A stretch of 64,000 nucleotides of DNA from Planctomycetaceae bacterium (GTDB taxonomy: Bacteria; Planctomycetota; Planctomycetia; Pirellulales; Thermoguttaceae). A program made the position numbers and the translations under genes. The stretch spans positions 157 to 64,156 of the forward strand of contig JAJFUI010000062.1 of NCBI GenBank assembly GCA_021372555.1. Reading direction: 5' to 3'. Positions 9,875-18,600 of this stretch are shown piece by piece. The notes under the pieces were generated by a model. That model made no database searches, had not been told where the DNA came from, and saw only the letters and a list, made by a program, of their open reading frames with translations. The first letter of the stretch is position 1. Every line of letters starts with the position of its first letter.

Positions 9875-10393
9875 GGGCACTCCTCGTGGGCAGGTTCACT
9901 AAAAGGCCAGGGCAGGGAAAATGCGGGGGACGCGAGTTGCATCCTGGTCGGCAATTGTAAGTCTTCCGCCAGTTTCTTGCGATAGGCTGCCGGACGGATT
10001 GCGATTTGTTCCCGGGGGCACGCGACTCCTGAGAATTGGTCGAGTGATTGAACTTTGGGACGCGCGTTATAAAACCGCGAAGTTGACGCCATGAACAATC
10101 GATGGAAGCGGCTCGGCGAAAACGCCACCTGGCAACTGGCAAATTCGTTTTGCCAGCATTGCCTGCGGCGGAGGCTTCTGGCTCGCCGCGCTTTGGACTT
10201 GAGCATTGCAGAATCTCGCACCAACTATTTTCAAAAAGGCAGCGGCGGCTCTTGGGAGCGGTCCGGCGATAGTGTAAGATGGTCGTGCTCGGCGCGCTTG
10301 TCAGTGATCGTCTTATCTGCAACGGGCATCCACGTTCTCGTCAGCCTATAGCCAGGTTCGTGGAGTCTTTCTTGTCGAAGGAAGGGCGGTCTC

Positions 10394-11845
10394 ATGAATG
10401 GGAGTGAGTCGGCACTGAATCTGATGCGTGACGAGCTTCGAACCCTCCACGAGGATTCCGGCGATGGGGTTCTTCTTGTGGATCTCCGTGGAGAGCGGTT
10501 CGCGTCGGTGAACGGCTTACTGTGTCGGATGCTCCAATACAGCGAGAGCGAAATGCTCTCGTTGGGTGTTCGCGACGTGCATCCCAAGGAAAGCCTGCCG
10601 CGCGTGCTCGAACAGTTTGAAGCGATGAGACAGAAGCGGTTCAGCTCGGCCAGCGATGTGCCATTCTTGCGGAAGGACGGCGCAGTGGTCCGCGCCAGTG
10701 TGACGATGGTCCACGTCACGTACGAAAAGCGGCCACACATGTTAGGTCTGGTGCGCGACATTACCGACCAGAAGCGAGTGGTCGCGGCATTGCGAGAGTC
10801 CGAGGCCACACTGCGAGGACTTTTCGAGCAATTGTCCGATTTGGTGCTGCTGTTGGACCGCGACGGTAAGATTCAGTGCGTCAATCGCGACTGGCCGGGC
10901 GCTGGTCGGCAAGCCGTTGTGGGAGAGTTGGTTTCGGATCGATTGATGCCGGACTGCCAACCTGCCTTTCGCCAAGCCCTCGATCAGGCGCGTGCGACGG
11001 GCATGCCGCAGACCGTGGCTGCGCAAGACCAGCACGAACAACGTTGGTCGTATAGGATTGTTCCCGTAGGCGATCTCGGACGCGTGATCGTCATTGGTGA
11101 GAACATGACTTCCGAAAAGGTGTCGGCGGAGGCCGTGAAAAAAGAACAGCGTCTGCTGCGTCAGACCTTGGAACTGCAGGAACGCGAACGACGACTGGTC
11201 GCCTGCGAGATCCACGATCGCTTTGCTCAGCCGATTACGGGAGCGTTGTTCCGGCTCCAGGCGTTTCGCGAGACGCATGCCAGAAGTTCGGCGCAAGCGT
11301 GGCAAGATTTTGATGCCGCCGGACGGATGCTGGCCACTGCCATCGACGAGGCGCGGCGGCTGATAAGCGGGCTGCGACCTCTGATTCTCGACGAGTTGGG
11401 CATCGTCGAGGCGATCGAATATCTCTGCTGCGAGCGGCGATTGGAGAACGGACCCGAGATTGAGTTTGTTCATGCGATGACGTGTCAGCAGTTGGAGATG
11501 CCGCTGCAGACCGCTGTCTTCCGCATCGCGCAGGAATCGGTAGCCAATGCGTGCCGGCACAGCCATAGCCCGCGCGTGCGGATCGAACTGCGGGATGGCG
11601 ATGGTTGGATTCATCTTGCCGTTCGCGACTGGGGCGTCGGCTTTAGGATGGACAGCGTTGCCAAGGATCGGTTTGGGCTTCAGACCATCCGCGAGCGCGT
11701 TCGACTGCTGGACGGTCGGGTGGCCATCGAATCGTCGCCCAACGAGGGGACCAGCATTTCGGTTGACCTCCCGCTGGCTGGCAGCAATGGAGGCACTCAG
11801 GACGCTGCCGGGGATAACCCTTGCTCAAAGGATCACCCGTCATGA
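10394..11845 (+). CDS. Cytoplasmic tandem-PAS sensor histidine kinase (HisKA_3 / NarL-partner type)
   Basis: Two PAS-like segments, an H-box (LVACEIHDRFAQPITG) and HATPase motifs (ESVANACRHS, DWGVGF, GLQTIRERV). No TM helix. No response regulator adjacent. Confidence 0.85.
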   Translation: MNGSESALNLMRDELRTLHEDSGDGVLLVDLRGERFASVNGLLCRMLQYSESEMLSLGVRDVHPKESLPRVLEQFEAMRQKRFSSASDVPFLRKDGAVVRASVTMVHVTYEKRPHMLGLVRDITDQKRVVAALRESEATLRGLFEQLSDLVLLLDRDGKIQCVNRDWPGAGRQAVVGELVSDRLMPDCQPAFRQALDQARATGMPQTVAAQDQHEQRWSYRIVPVGDLGRVIVIGENMTSEKVSAEAVKKEQRLLRQTLELQERERRLVACEIHDRFAQPITGALFRLQAFRETHARSSAQAWQDFDAAGRMLATAIDEARRLISGLRPLILDELGIVEAIEYLCCERRLENGPEIEFVHAMTCQQLEMPLQTAVFRIAQESVANACRHSHSPRVRIELRDGDGWIHLAVRDWGVGFRMDSVAKDRFGLQTIRERVRLLDGRVAIESSPNEGTSISVDLPLAGSNGGTQDAAGDNPCSKDHPS

Positions 11846-12405
11846 AAAAGTCATTGGGAGCGAAGACGATTTTGTATCCGACGCCGGTGTTGGTCGTCGG
11901 GACCTACGACGAGCACGGGAAGGCGAACGTGATGACGGCGGCCTGGGGAGGCATCTGCTGCTCGGTGCCACCCTGTGTGGCCGTATCCCTTCGGAGCGCG
12001 ACCTATTCGCATGGCAACATTGTTCGGCGCGGGGCGTTCACGGTCAGCATTCCCTCGGAGCGTTTCGTCAAAGAGGCCGACTACTTCGGCATCGCGTCGG
12101 GCAGGGTTGAGGACAAGTTTGCGGCAACAGGGCTGACGCCGGCGCGGAGCCAATTCGTGGATGCCCCTTACGTGCAAGAGTTTCCGCTAGTGCTCGAATG
12201 CCGGCTTGCGCACATCTTTGAACTTGGATTGCACACGCAATTCGTCGGCGAGATCCTTGACGTCAAGATCGACGAGGAAGTGCTGGACAAGGACGGCCTG
12301 CCGGAGTTGCAGAAGCTGCTGCCCATCGCCTTCGCGCCAGAGACGCGCGAGTACCAAGCTCTTGGGCGGCGGCTTGGAACGGCATTTTCCATCGGCAGGC
12401 GCTGA
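11842..12405 (+). CDS. Flavin reductase-like (flavoredoxin) domain protein
   Basis: MKKSLGAKTILYPTPVLVVGTYDEHGKANVMTAAWGG is typical of the flavin reductase-like FMN-binding family. Its ATG (11842) overlaps the kinase TGA (11843-11845) as ATGA. Confidence 0.8.
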   Translation: MKKSLGAKTILYPTPVLVVGTYDEHGKANVMTAAWGGICCSVPPCVAVSLRSATYSHGNIVRRGAFTVSIPSERFVKEADYFGIASGRVEDKFAATGLTPARSQFVDAPYVQEFPLVLECRLAHIFELGLHTQFVGEILDVKIDEEVLDKDGLPELQKLLPIAFAPETREYQALGRRLGTAFSIGRR

Positions 12406-12582
12406 CGTCGCGCAATCCGCTCGCCGCCTGCCGGGCCTGCTTTTCTCCGCGCAGACACCGCACGGAGAGACGTCACCATCGGCCGCCACGCCGCTTCTCT
12501 TCTCAACCAGTTGTTGCCTGACGTTGCGAGGCTTATACTGTGGGCTTCGCGTTGGTGATCGTCACTTGCCGAAGGAGCGAGC

Positions 12583-13824
12583 ATGAGTGAAAGCAAGGCG
12601 TTGGCGCGTGCGCAGTGGTATGCGCTGGCCGCGGCCTTCCTCGGTTGGATGTTCGACGGGGTGGAGATGGGGCTGACGCCGCTGGTTTCGCGTCCTGCGC
12701 TCCGCGACTTGCTCAACACGCAAAGCGATGCGGTCGTCGGCAACTGGAACGGGCCGATCATGGCGTGCTTTTTGCTGGGCGCGGCCTGCGGCGGCGTCGC
12801 CTTCGGCTGGCTCGGCGACAAGGTTGGCCGCGTTCGCGCGATGGTTTGCAGCATCCTCGCGTACTCGATCTTCATGGGCTGCGGCTACTTCGCCACCCAT
12901 CCCTGGCATATTGGCCTGTTCCTTTTCATTTCGGCCCTGGGCATGGGTGGGCAGTGGTCCCTTGGTGTGTCGCTGGTGATGGAATGCTGGCCGGAGCGTC
13001 ATCGCCCGAAGCTGTCCGGAATCATCGGCGCCGCCTCGAACGTGGGCTTCCTGTTGATTGCGGTCGTCGGCACTTTCTTTCCACCCACCCAAGACTCGTG
13101 GCGGTGGTTCATGATTGTCGGCGCGAGCCCCGCGCTGCTGGCGCTGTTCATCGTCTTCAAGGTTCCCGAGTCGGAACGCTGGAAGGCCGTGGCGAAACAG
13201 AAGGGCCGCAGTCCGCTCGTCGAAATTTTCACGCCGCCGCTGCTGCGAAAGACGCTTTTGGCGATTGCCTTTGCGGGAATTCCGCTCATCGGCACCTGGG
13301 CTGCCATTTCCGGCTGGATTCCGCCGTGGGCCGACAAGCTGGCCGGCGATGGTCAGCCCCATGCGAAAGGCATCGCGCAGATGGCCCTGGCCATTGGGGC
13401 CATCATCGGATGCCTCATTGCCCCGATCCTTGGCGGCATGGTGGGACGCCGGCCCGTCTATTTCGGCCTTTGCGTGCTTTCGCTGGGCGCGTCTCAGTAC
13501 ATGTTCCGCACGATGACCGCTTTCAATGCGGAGTTTGTCTTGATGGCGGGCATCGTCTGCTGCGTGACGGCCGCGTTTTACGGTTGGCTGCCGTTGTATT
13601 TGTCGGAGATATTTCCGACTCGAGTGCGGGCAACCGGGCAGGGCGTGAGCCTCAACGCGGGGCGAGTCCTTGCGGCGGGCGGAGCGTTGTACATGGCCCA
13701 ATTGATGCAGGTGTTCGACGGTGACTACGGCCGCGCTGGTTCGTGGATTACGCTAGTGTACATCTTGGGTATGTTCCTGATTTGGATGGCGCCCGAAACC
13801 AAGGGGCAACCGCTGCCCGACTGA
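12583..13824 (+). CDS. MFS transporter
   Basis: 413 aa with about 12 hydrophobic helices. MFS loop 2-3 motif GWLGDKVGRVRAM. The antisense ORFs listed over it are rejected. Confidence 0.8.
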   Translation: MSESKALARAQWYALAAAFLGWMFDGVEMGLTPLVSRPALRDLLNTQSDAVVGNWNGPIMACFLLGAACGGVAFGWLGDKVGRVRAMVCSILAYSIFMGCGYFATHPWHIGLFLFISALGMGGQWSLGVSLVMECWPERHRPKLSGIIGAASNVGFLLIAVVGTFFPPTQDSWRWFMIVGASPALLALFIVFKVPESERWKAVAKQKGRSPLVEIFTPPLLRKTLLAIAFAGIPLIGTWAAISGWIPPWADKLAGDGQPHAKGIAQMALAIGAIIGCLIAPILGGMVGRRPVYFGLCVLSLGASQYMFRTMTAFNAEFVLMAGIVCCVTAAFYGWLPLYLSEIFPTRVRATGQGVSLNAGRVLAAGGALYMAQLMQVFDGDYGRAGSWITLVYILGMFLIWMAPETKGQPLPD

Positions 13825-13895
13825 CGTAGCGCAGGCTTCCTAATTGTGTGATCTCCGTTGTTTGAAATCGCTCCGCGCCCGACAGGAAACCCGCC

Positions 13896-14639
13896 ATGAC
13901 CTTTTCACGCCCCTGGATGCTGTTCGGTCTGGTGCAAATCGGTCTTGGATTGGCGATGCTCTGCCAGCAGGGCCGCCATCTCGCCGCGGAGAATCCTGCT
14001 AACGCCGCCCTTCGCGGACCGAAGCAAAAGAAGTCAGAAAAGCCTCGCCCCAAGGACCCCGTCGCGGCGGAGAAATCGGACGGTTGGATCGAGTTGTTCG
14101 ACGGCAAGACGCTCGACGGCTGGAAGACGCCGCGGTTCGGCGGAGAAGGCCGAGTCTACGTCAAGGACGGGGCTATCGTCATGGAAACCGGCAGCATGAT
14201 GACCGGCGTCACCTGGACCGGCAAGCCGCCGAAGGACAACTACGAGTTGACCCTCGAAGGAATGCGATTGGAAGGCAGTGACTTCTTTTGCACCGCGACG
14301 TTTCCGGTTGGCGACGAGTCGTGCTCCCTGGTGGTTGGCGGCTGGGGTGGCATGGTCGTGGGCCTGTCGAGCGTTGACGGCCTCGACGCCTCCGAGAACG
14401 CCACGACCAAGGTGATGTCGTTCAAGGACAAGCAGTGGTATCGTGTCCGGATTCGTGTGACCGATGCGGCAATCGGAGCCTGGATCGACGACAGCCAGGT
14501 CGTGAGGCAATCGCGGAAAGACTGCAAGTTTACAATCCGCAGCGAGGTCGAACTGTGCCGTCCGCTCGGCATCTGCACCTGGGGAACGACCGGAGCGGTG
14601 AAGAACATTCGAGTGCGTGGGGTAAAGGCGGGAAAGTAG
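13896..14639 (+). CDS. Secreted DUF1080 (3-keto-disaccharide hydrolase-like, LamG-fold) protein
   Basis: Signal peptide, then GWIELFDGKTLDGWK and a C-terminal WYRVRIRVTDAAIGAWIDD pattern characteristic of DUF1080. Confidence 0.7.
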   Translation: MTFSRPWMLFGLVQIGLGLAMLCQQGRHLAAENPANAALRGPKQKKSEKPRPKDPVAAEKSDGWIELFDGKTLDGWKTPRFGGEGRVYVKDGAIVMETGSMMTGVTWTGKPPKDNYELTLEGMRLEGSDFFCTATFPVGDESCSLVVGGWGGMVVGLSSVDGLDASENATTKVMSFKDKQWYRVRIRVTDAAIGAWIDDSQVVRQSRKDCKFTIRSEVELCRPLGICTWGTTGAVKNIRVRGVKAGK

Positions 14640-14640
14640 G

Positions 14641-14794
14641 GTTCAGGGTCAGGGTTCAGGGTTCAGAGGTCAGAGGTCAGAGGTCAGAGGTCAGGGGTCA
14701 GAGGTCAGGGGTCAGAGGTCAGGGGTCAGAGGTCAGGGGTCAGAGGTCAGGGGTCAGAGGTCAGGGGTCAGCGGTCAGGGGTCAGCGGTCAGGG
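14641..14794. repeat. Intergenic tandem repeat: 22 heptanucleotide units (G/T)TCAG(A/G/C)G, mostly alternating GTCAGAG / GTCAGGG (14-nt super-unit)
   Basis: Counted directly from the sequence. Begins 2 nt after the DUF1080 stop and ends 40 nt before the PIG-L start. Contains at least 8 GGGG tracts spaced 10 nt apart. Confidence 0.95.
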
Positions 14795-14834
14795 GCTTGT
14801 TGATCTGTGGCGTGGCTCTTTTCTCGTTGCCATC

Positions 14835-15551
14835 ATGTCCGACTCTCCATTTGACGTCATCGCTGTGGGGGCGCACCCGGACGATATTGAAATCGCTTGC
14901 GGGGGGACGCTTGCCAAGCTGGTACGGCAGGGGCATCGGGTGGGGATTATCGACCTGACGGACGGCGAGCCGACGCCACTGTCTTCGGGGCCCGAAGTGC
15001 GGTTGGCCGAGGCGCGTCTGGCGGCGGAGACGCTTGGCGTCCAGGATCGCATGACGCTCGATTTGCCGAACCGCCGGTTGTTCGACACGTTCGAGGCTCG
15101 CGTGGCGCTGGCGACGCAGTTGCGGAAGTACCGTCCGCGGCTCGTGATTGGACTGGGTGGGAAAACGCCCACCGCCTCGCCGGACCATTACCAGGCCTCG
15201 CTGGTCATCGAGGCGGCCGTCTTCTATGCGAAGCTGACCAAGTGGGAGGAGCATTTCGCGGGGCTGCCGCCGTTTATCGTGCCTCGCCGGCTGGAGTGTT
15301 TCCTGGGGGTTCGCACGCCGACCGAGCATGGGACGATGGTGGTGGACATCACGGACACGCTCGAAACGAAGCTCGCGGCTATCGCCTGCTACCAGAGCCA
15401 GTTCTCGCCGACGAAAGCACGTTCTCTGGACGGGATTCGCGCCCTGGCGGTTCAACAGGGCATGTCCGCGGGCTTTGCGGCGGGCGAACTCCTGGCTTGT
15501 CCGACGCAGTGGGGTACGCGCGATCTCATGGGACTGCTGTTCGGTCCGTAA
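14835..15551 (+). CDS. PIG-L / LmbE-family N-acetylglucosaminyl deacetylase
   Basis: FDVIAVGAHPDDIEIACGGTLAK (AHPDDxE zinc motif) and the later HPDH-like PDHYQAS motif. 238 aa. Confidence 0.85.
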   Translation: MSDSPFDVIAVGAHPDDIEIACGGTLAKLVRQGHRVGIIDLTDGEPTPLSSGPEVRLAEARLAAETLGVQDRMTLDLPNRRLFDTFEARVALATQLRKYRPRLVIGLGGKTPTASPDHYQASLVIEAAVFYAKLTKWEEHFAGLPPFIVPRRLECFLGVRTPTEHGTMVVDITDTLETKLAAIACYQSQFSPTKARSLDGIRALAVQQGMSAGFAAGELLACPTQWGTRDLMGLLFGP

Positions 15552-15699
15552 TCGTCCGCCTCCCTCGCACGAGTTGGGGCGTTCGGCTGCTCTCTGCTTT
15601 GCGGCTTCTGGCCATAGCCCATCGCGTACAATGAAGGGACCTCCGCGAAGTGCTCGCGTCGCGGTTCCCCAGGGCGATTGGTAGCTGAGGCCAGAAGTC

Positions 15700-18600
15700 T
15701 TGAGTTCTGACGTCCATCCTGATCCGAAGGCGGGGCCGCTTGCCTGGCGTCTTTGTCCGACGGCAGCTCTTCTGAGGGACCTTGGCTTCGGGACGGCCGC
15801 GGTTCTTACGGCCACCTTAGCGCTGGCTGCGTTGAGGTTCGGGGCCGAGGGCGTGCCCCAGCGGGCGTACATTATTGCCGCCATCGCGCTGGCCGGTGGC
15901 TTGGCCGGCCAGTTGTGGAAGTTCGCCGCGACCGGTCGGGCGGTGACTTTGGCGGAAGCGACTGCGGACGTCCTGGTGACGGGCCTGCTGGCTGCCTCGT
16001 CGAGCGGCCAGTCGGTTTGGCAGGCTCCAGCGGGATGGCAGGACCTGACGCGGCTCAGCGCGACCGGCGCGACGATCTTTCTGCTAATCTACCACTCGGC
16101 CAACGCCTATCGGTGGGCGGCTGCGAAGAGACATTTGGGGTTGATCGCCGCCGCGATCCTCGTCGCTACTCCGTACGCATTTGGCCTGTTGCTCGGACTC
16201 CAGTCGCAGCCTTTGGCTGGCGCGATCGGCAAGCTAGTGACTTTCGGATGGGTGGGCGACTCGCCTCCGCTGGCTGTGGCGATCGGGCGAGTCGTGCTCC
16301 TGTTTGCCTTCAACGAGTTCCTGGTGGGCGCGGCTTGCCTTGCCGCCGGAGGGCGACTGCTGGCCAGCAGCCGGGCACATCTCTTTCTGCTTGCGGTTTC
16401 GGCCGCCACAATCGCGGCGCCCTGGGTGGCCGACCTCGGCTCGGGATTGTTACCCATGCCCGCGGTTTTGCAGCCGCTTGCCGCGCTTGTGGCAACGGTG
16501 CTTTCGCAAGGGCCGCTTTGGGCGCTGGTGTTTACGCTTACCGGCGTCATCCTCGACGCCATGCGAAGGGAGCCGCCGTCGGCGGCATCGATCTTCCGAC
16601 ACGCCATGAGTGGGCTTGGGAAGGGGATGGTCTTCAGTGGCGTTTTGGTCGCCGTTCTCCTCCTGTCGAACGGCTTGGCTCACTGGTCGGTGGCGGTCGA
16701 GGCCTACCGAATGTCGCCATGGCTCGCGCTGGCCGTTGCAGGGGCGGCGGCCTGGCCCTTAGCCAAAACGGTCATCGAGAGCTTCGATGGCAGCCAGTCG
16801 TTCTTCAGGCGAGCATGCAAGGCCTACGGCTCGCCAATCTTGTACGTCCGTGGCGCTGTCATCGGGCTTGGTGTTTCGTATGCTTTGAACACCGATCTCT
16901 CGTCGCTGGACACATTTCACCGGGCGCGGTTTGGCTTTCTCGTTGGCGCGTTGGTCTACGCCGGAGTGAGTCTGGTCGGCGACGCTGTCTTGAGACTGTG
17001 CGGCCGCGGGCGCATCCGATCGTGGCGGCCCTACCTGATCGAGGCGCTTCTCGGCGGGTTCGTCGGCGCCGGCTTGGGTTTCTACTTCGACGCGTCCCAG
17101 ACCCCGGTGGTTCTGCACAAGTTCGAACTTTATAACAGCTTCGGATTGAAACCGATCCCGGACGACTTCTATCCTTTGCTGAGCAAGTGGGGACATGTTC
17201 AGTTGGGGGCATACGCCGGCGGGGCAAAACTGCTCTTCAACGAGGCGCTCAAAGGGGTGATCGGGTGGGGCGTTGCGGCTTGGCTGTTCGCCGTGAACCG
17301 CTCGCTGCTGCTGGCCATCTTTCAGCGACAAACCGCGCCGATTCGGCGAATGTTCAGCCGCGAGGGAATGGCCGAGTTGACCGATGGCACGGTGCGTGTT
17401 CTCCGGTGGGGGCTGTGGATGGCTCCGATCATCTTCACCTTCCTCAGGCAAATGGCCGTGCCCACCTGGTACAACCAGGACGGGGCCATCCATACCGCGT
17501 TTTGCATCGTCAACGACGTGGCGATGCAGCCGAGCCAGTTTCGTGAGTGGAGTCTGCGAGTCTTCACCTGGGTGCTGGCGTACGACGTGTTCCGCGTTCT
17601 GATTTGGCTCGACCACATGGGGCTTCGCGTGGCGACGCTGGTCAATCTCAGCTTTCTGGGAATGGACCGCCTGGACGAGGAGGCGGCGCGGTTCGTGCGC
17701 CCTTGGGCCACCGCCCGATACATCCCGGAAGGCGTTAAGCGATTCACCACTTGGGCGCCGCTCTTAATTCCGTTCTACATTCCTGCCGGCGCGGACTGGG
17801 ATTGGGCGTGGACCCATTCCGAAGCGATTCAGCAAACATCGCGGGGGATTTTTGGGTGGTTGTCAGACATGGCCCCGGCGCAAGCGGTTTGGCTCGCAAT
17901 CGCCGCGGTTGGCGGCGCGACGCTCGTTTCGTTCATTGTCCGGCGACTGGCTGTCGCGGGAGGAGGAGGTATGGCAGAGGGAGAGAAGTTGGCTGACGTG
18001 ACGCTGACGAACGGCCATTATTCGGTAACTGCGAAGGCCAGCGGCGAGCTGCGAAGCAGCCTAACGTCGCCGCCGTGCGACATAACGCGGCGATCGTACG
18101 AGGGGCGAGCCCCCGCCGGCCGCGTGCTCTTCCTGGCCGAGGGGTCAACGGCTTGGCCCATCATCGGCAACTGTCCGGAGGAGCTCTTTCCCAGGAGTCG
18201 AATCGAGGGCGACGATCAAGCAATTCGGATTGTCAATCGCTCCCACGAGATTTGCGCAACAGTCACGATCCGCTTGCCGGAGCACGCACAAGCAGTGACC
18301 GCAGAGATATGGCAAGTCACGTTGGAAAACCTGTCCAGTCGGGCCAGATTGCTTGATGTGGCGCCCTACTTGGAATGGGTGCTCGCGATGCCTGCTGCCG
18401 ATCGCGGCCACACCCAGTACAACCGGCTTTTTATCGAACTCTCGTACGACCCCGAACTGAACGCTGTCCTCGCTTGGCATCGGTTGACGAAAAAGCTGGG
18501 GATTCTGGCAACCGACAGGACGCCGCAAGGTTATCTCACGTCGCGGATCGACTTCATTGGCCGGGCGGGGACGGTGTGGCTGCCTGATTGTCTCCATCGA

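Noticed and set aside
9881-10393. ORFs in the 510-nt xylA / histidine-kinase divergent spacer (9657-10322, 9763-10224, 10091-10351)
   Set aside because: They are non-protein-like, overlap each other and the xylA 5' end, and have no RBS. The region is more likely a divergent promoter. I saw no convincing operator or riboswitch-like structure.
12168-13701. Long antisense and alternative-frame ORFs over the MFS transporter gene (12168-12875, 12562-13701, 12615-13724)
   Set aside because: The plus-strand frame starting at 12583 gives 12 clean TM helices and the MFS loop motif. The others are Arg/Pro/Gly-rich with no hydrophobic periodicity.
14435-14803. 122-aa ORF translating the heptamer array as VRGQRSEVRGQRSGVRGQ...
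   Set aside because: It overlaps the well-supported DUF1080 CDS in another frame and only stays open because the repeat lacks stop codons. The region is treated as a non-coding tandem repeat. It is also not a CRISPR array: the units are contiguous 7-mers with no spacers.
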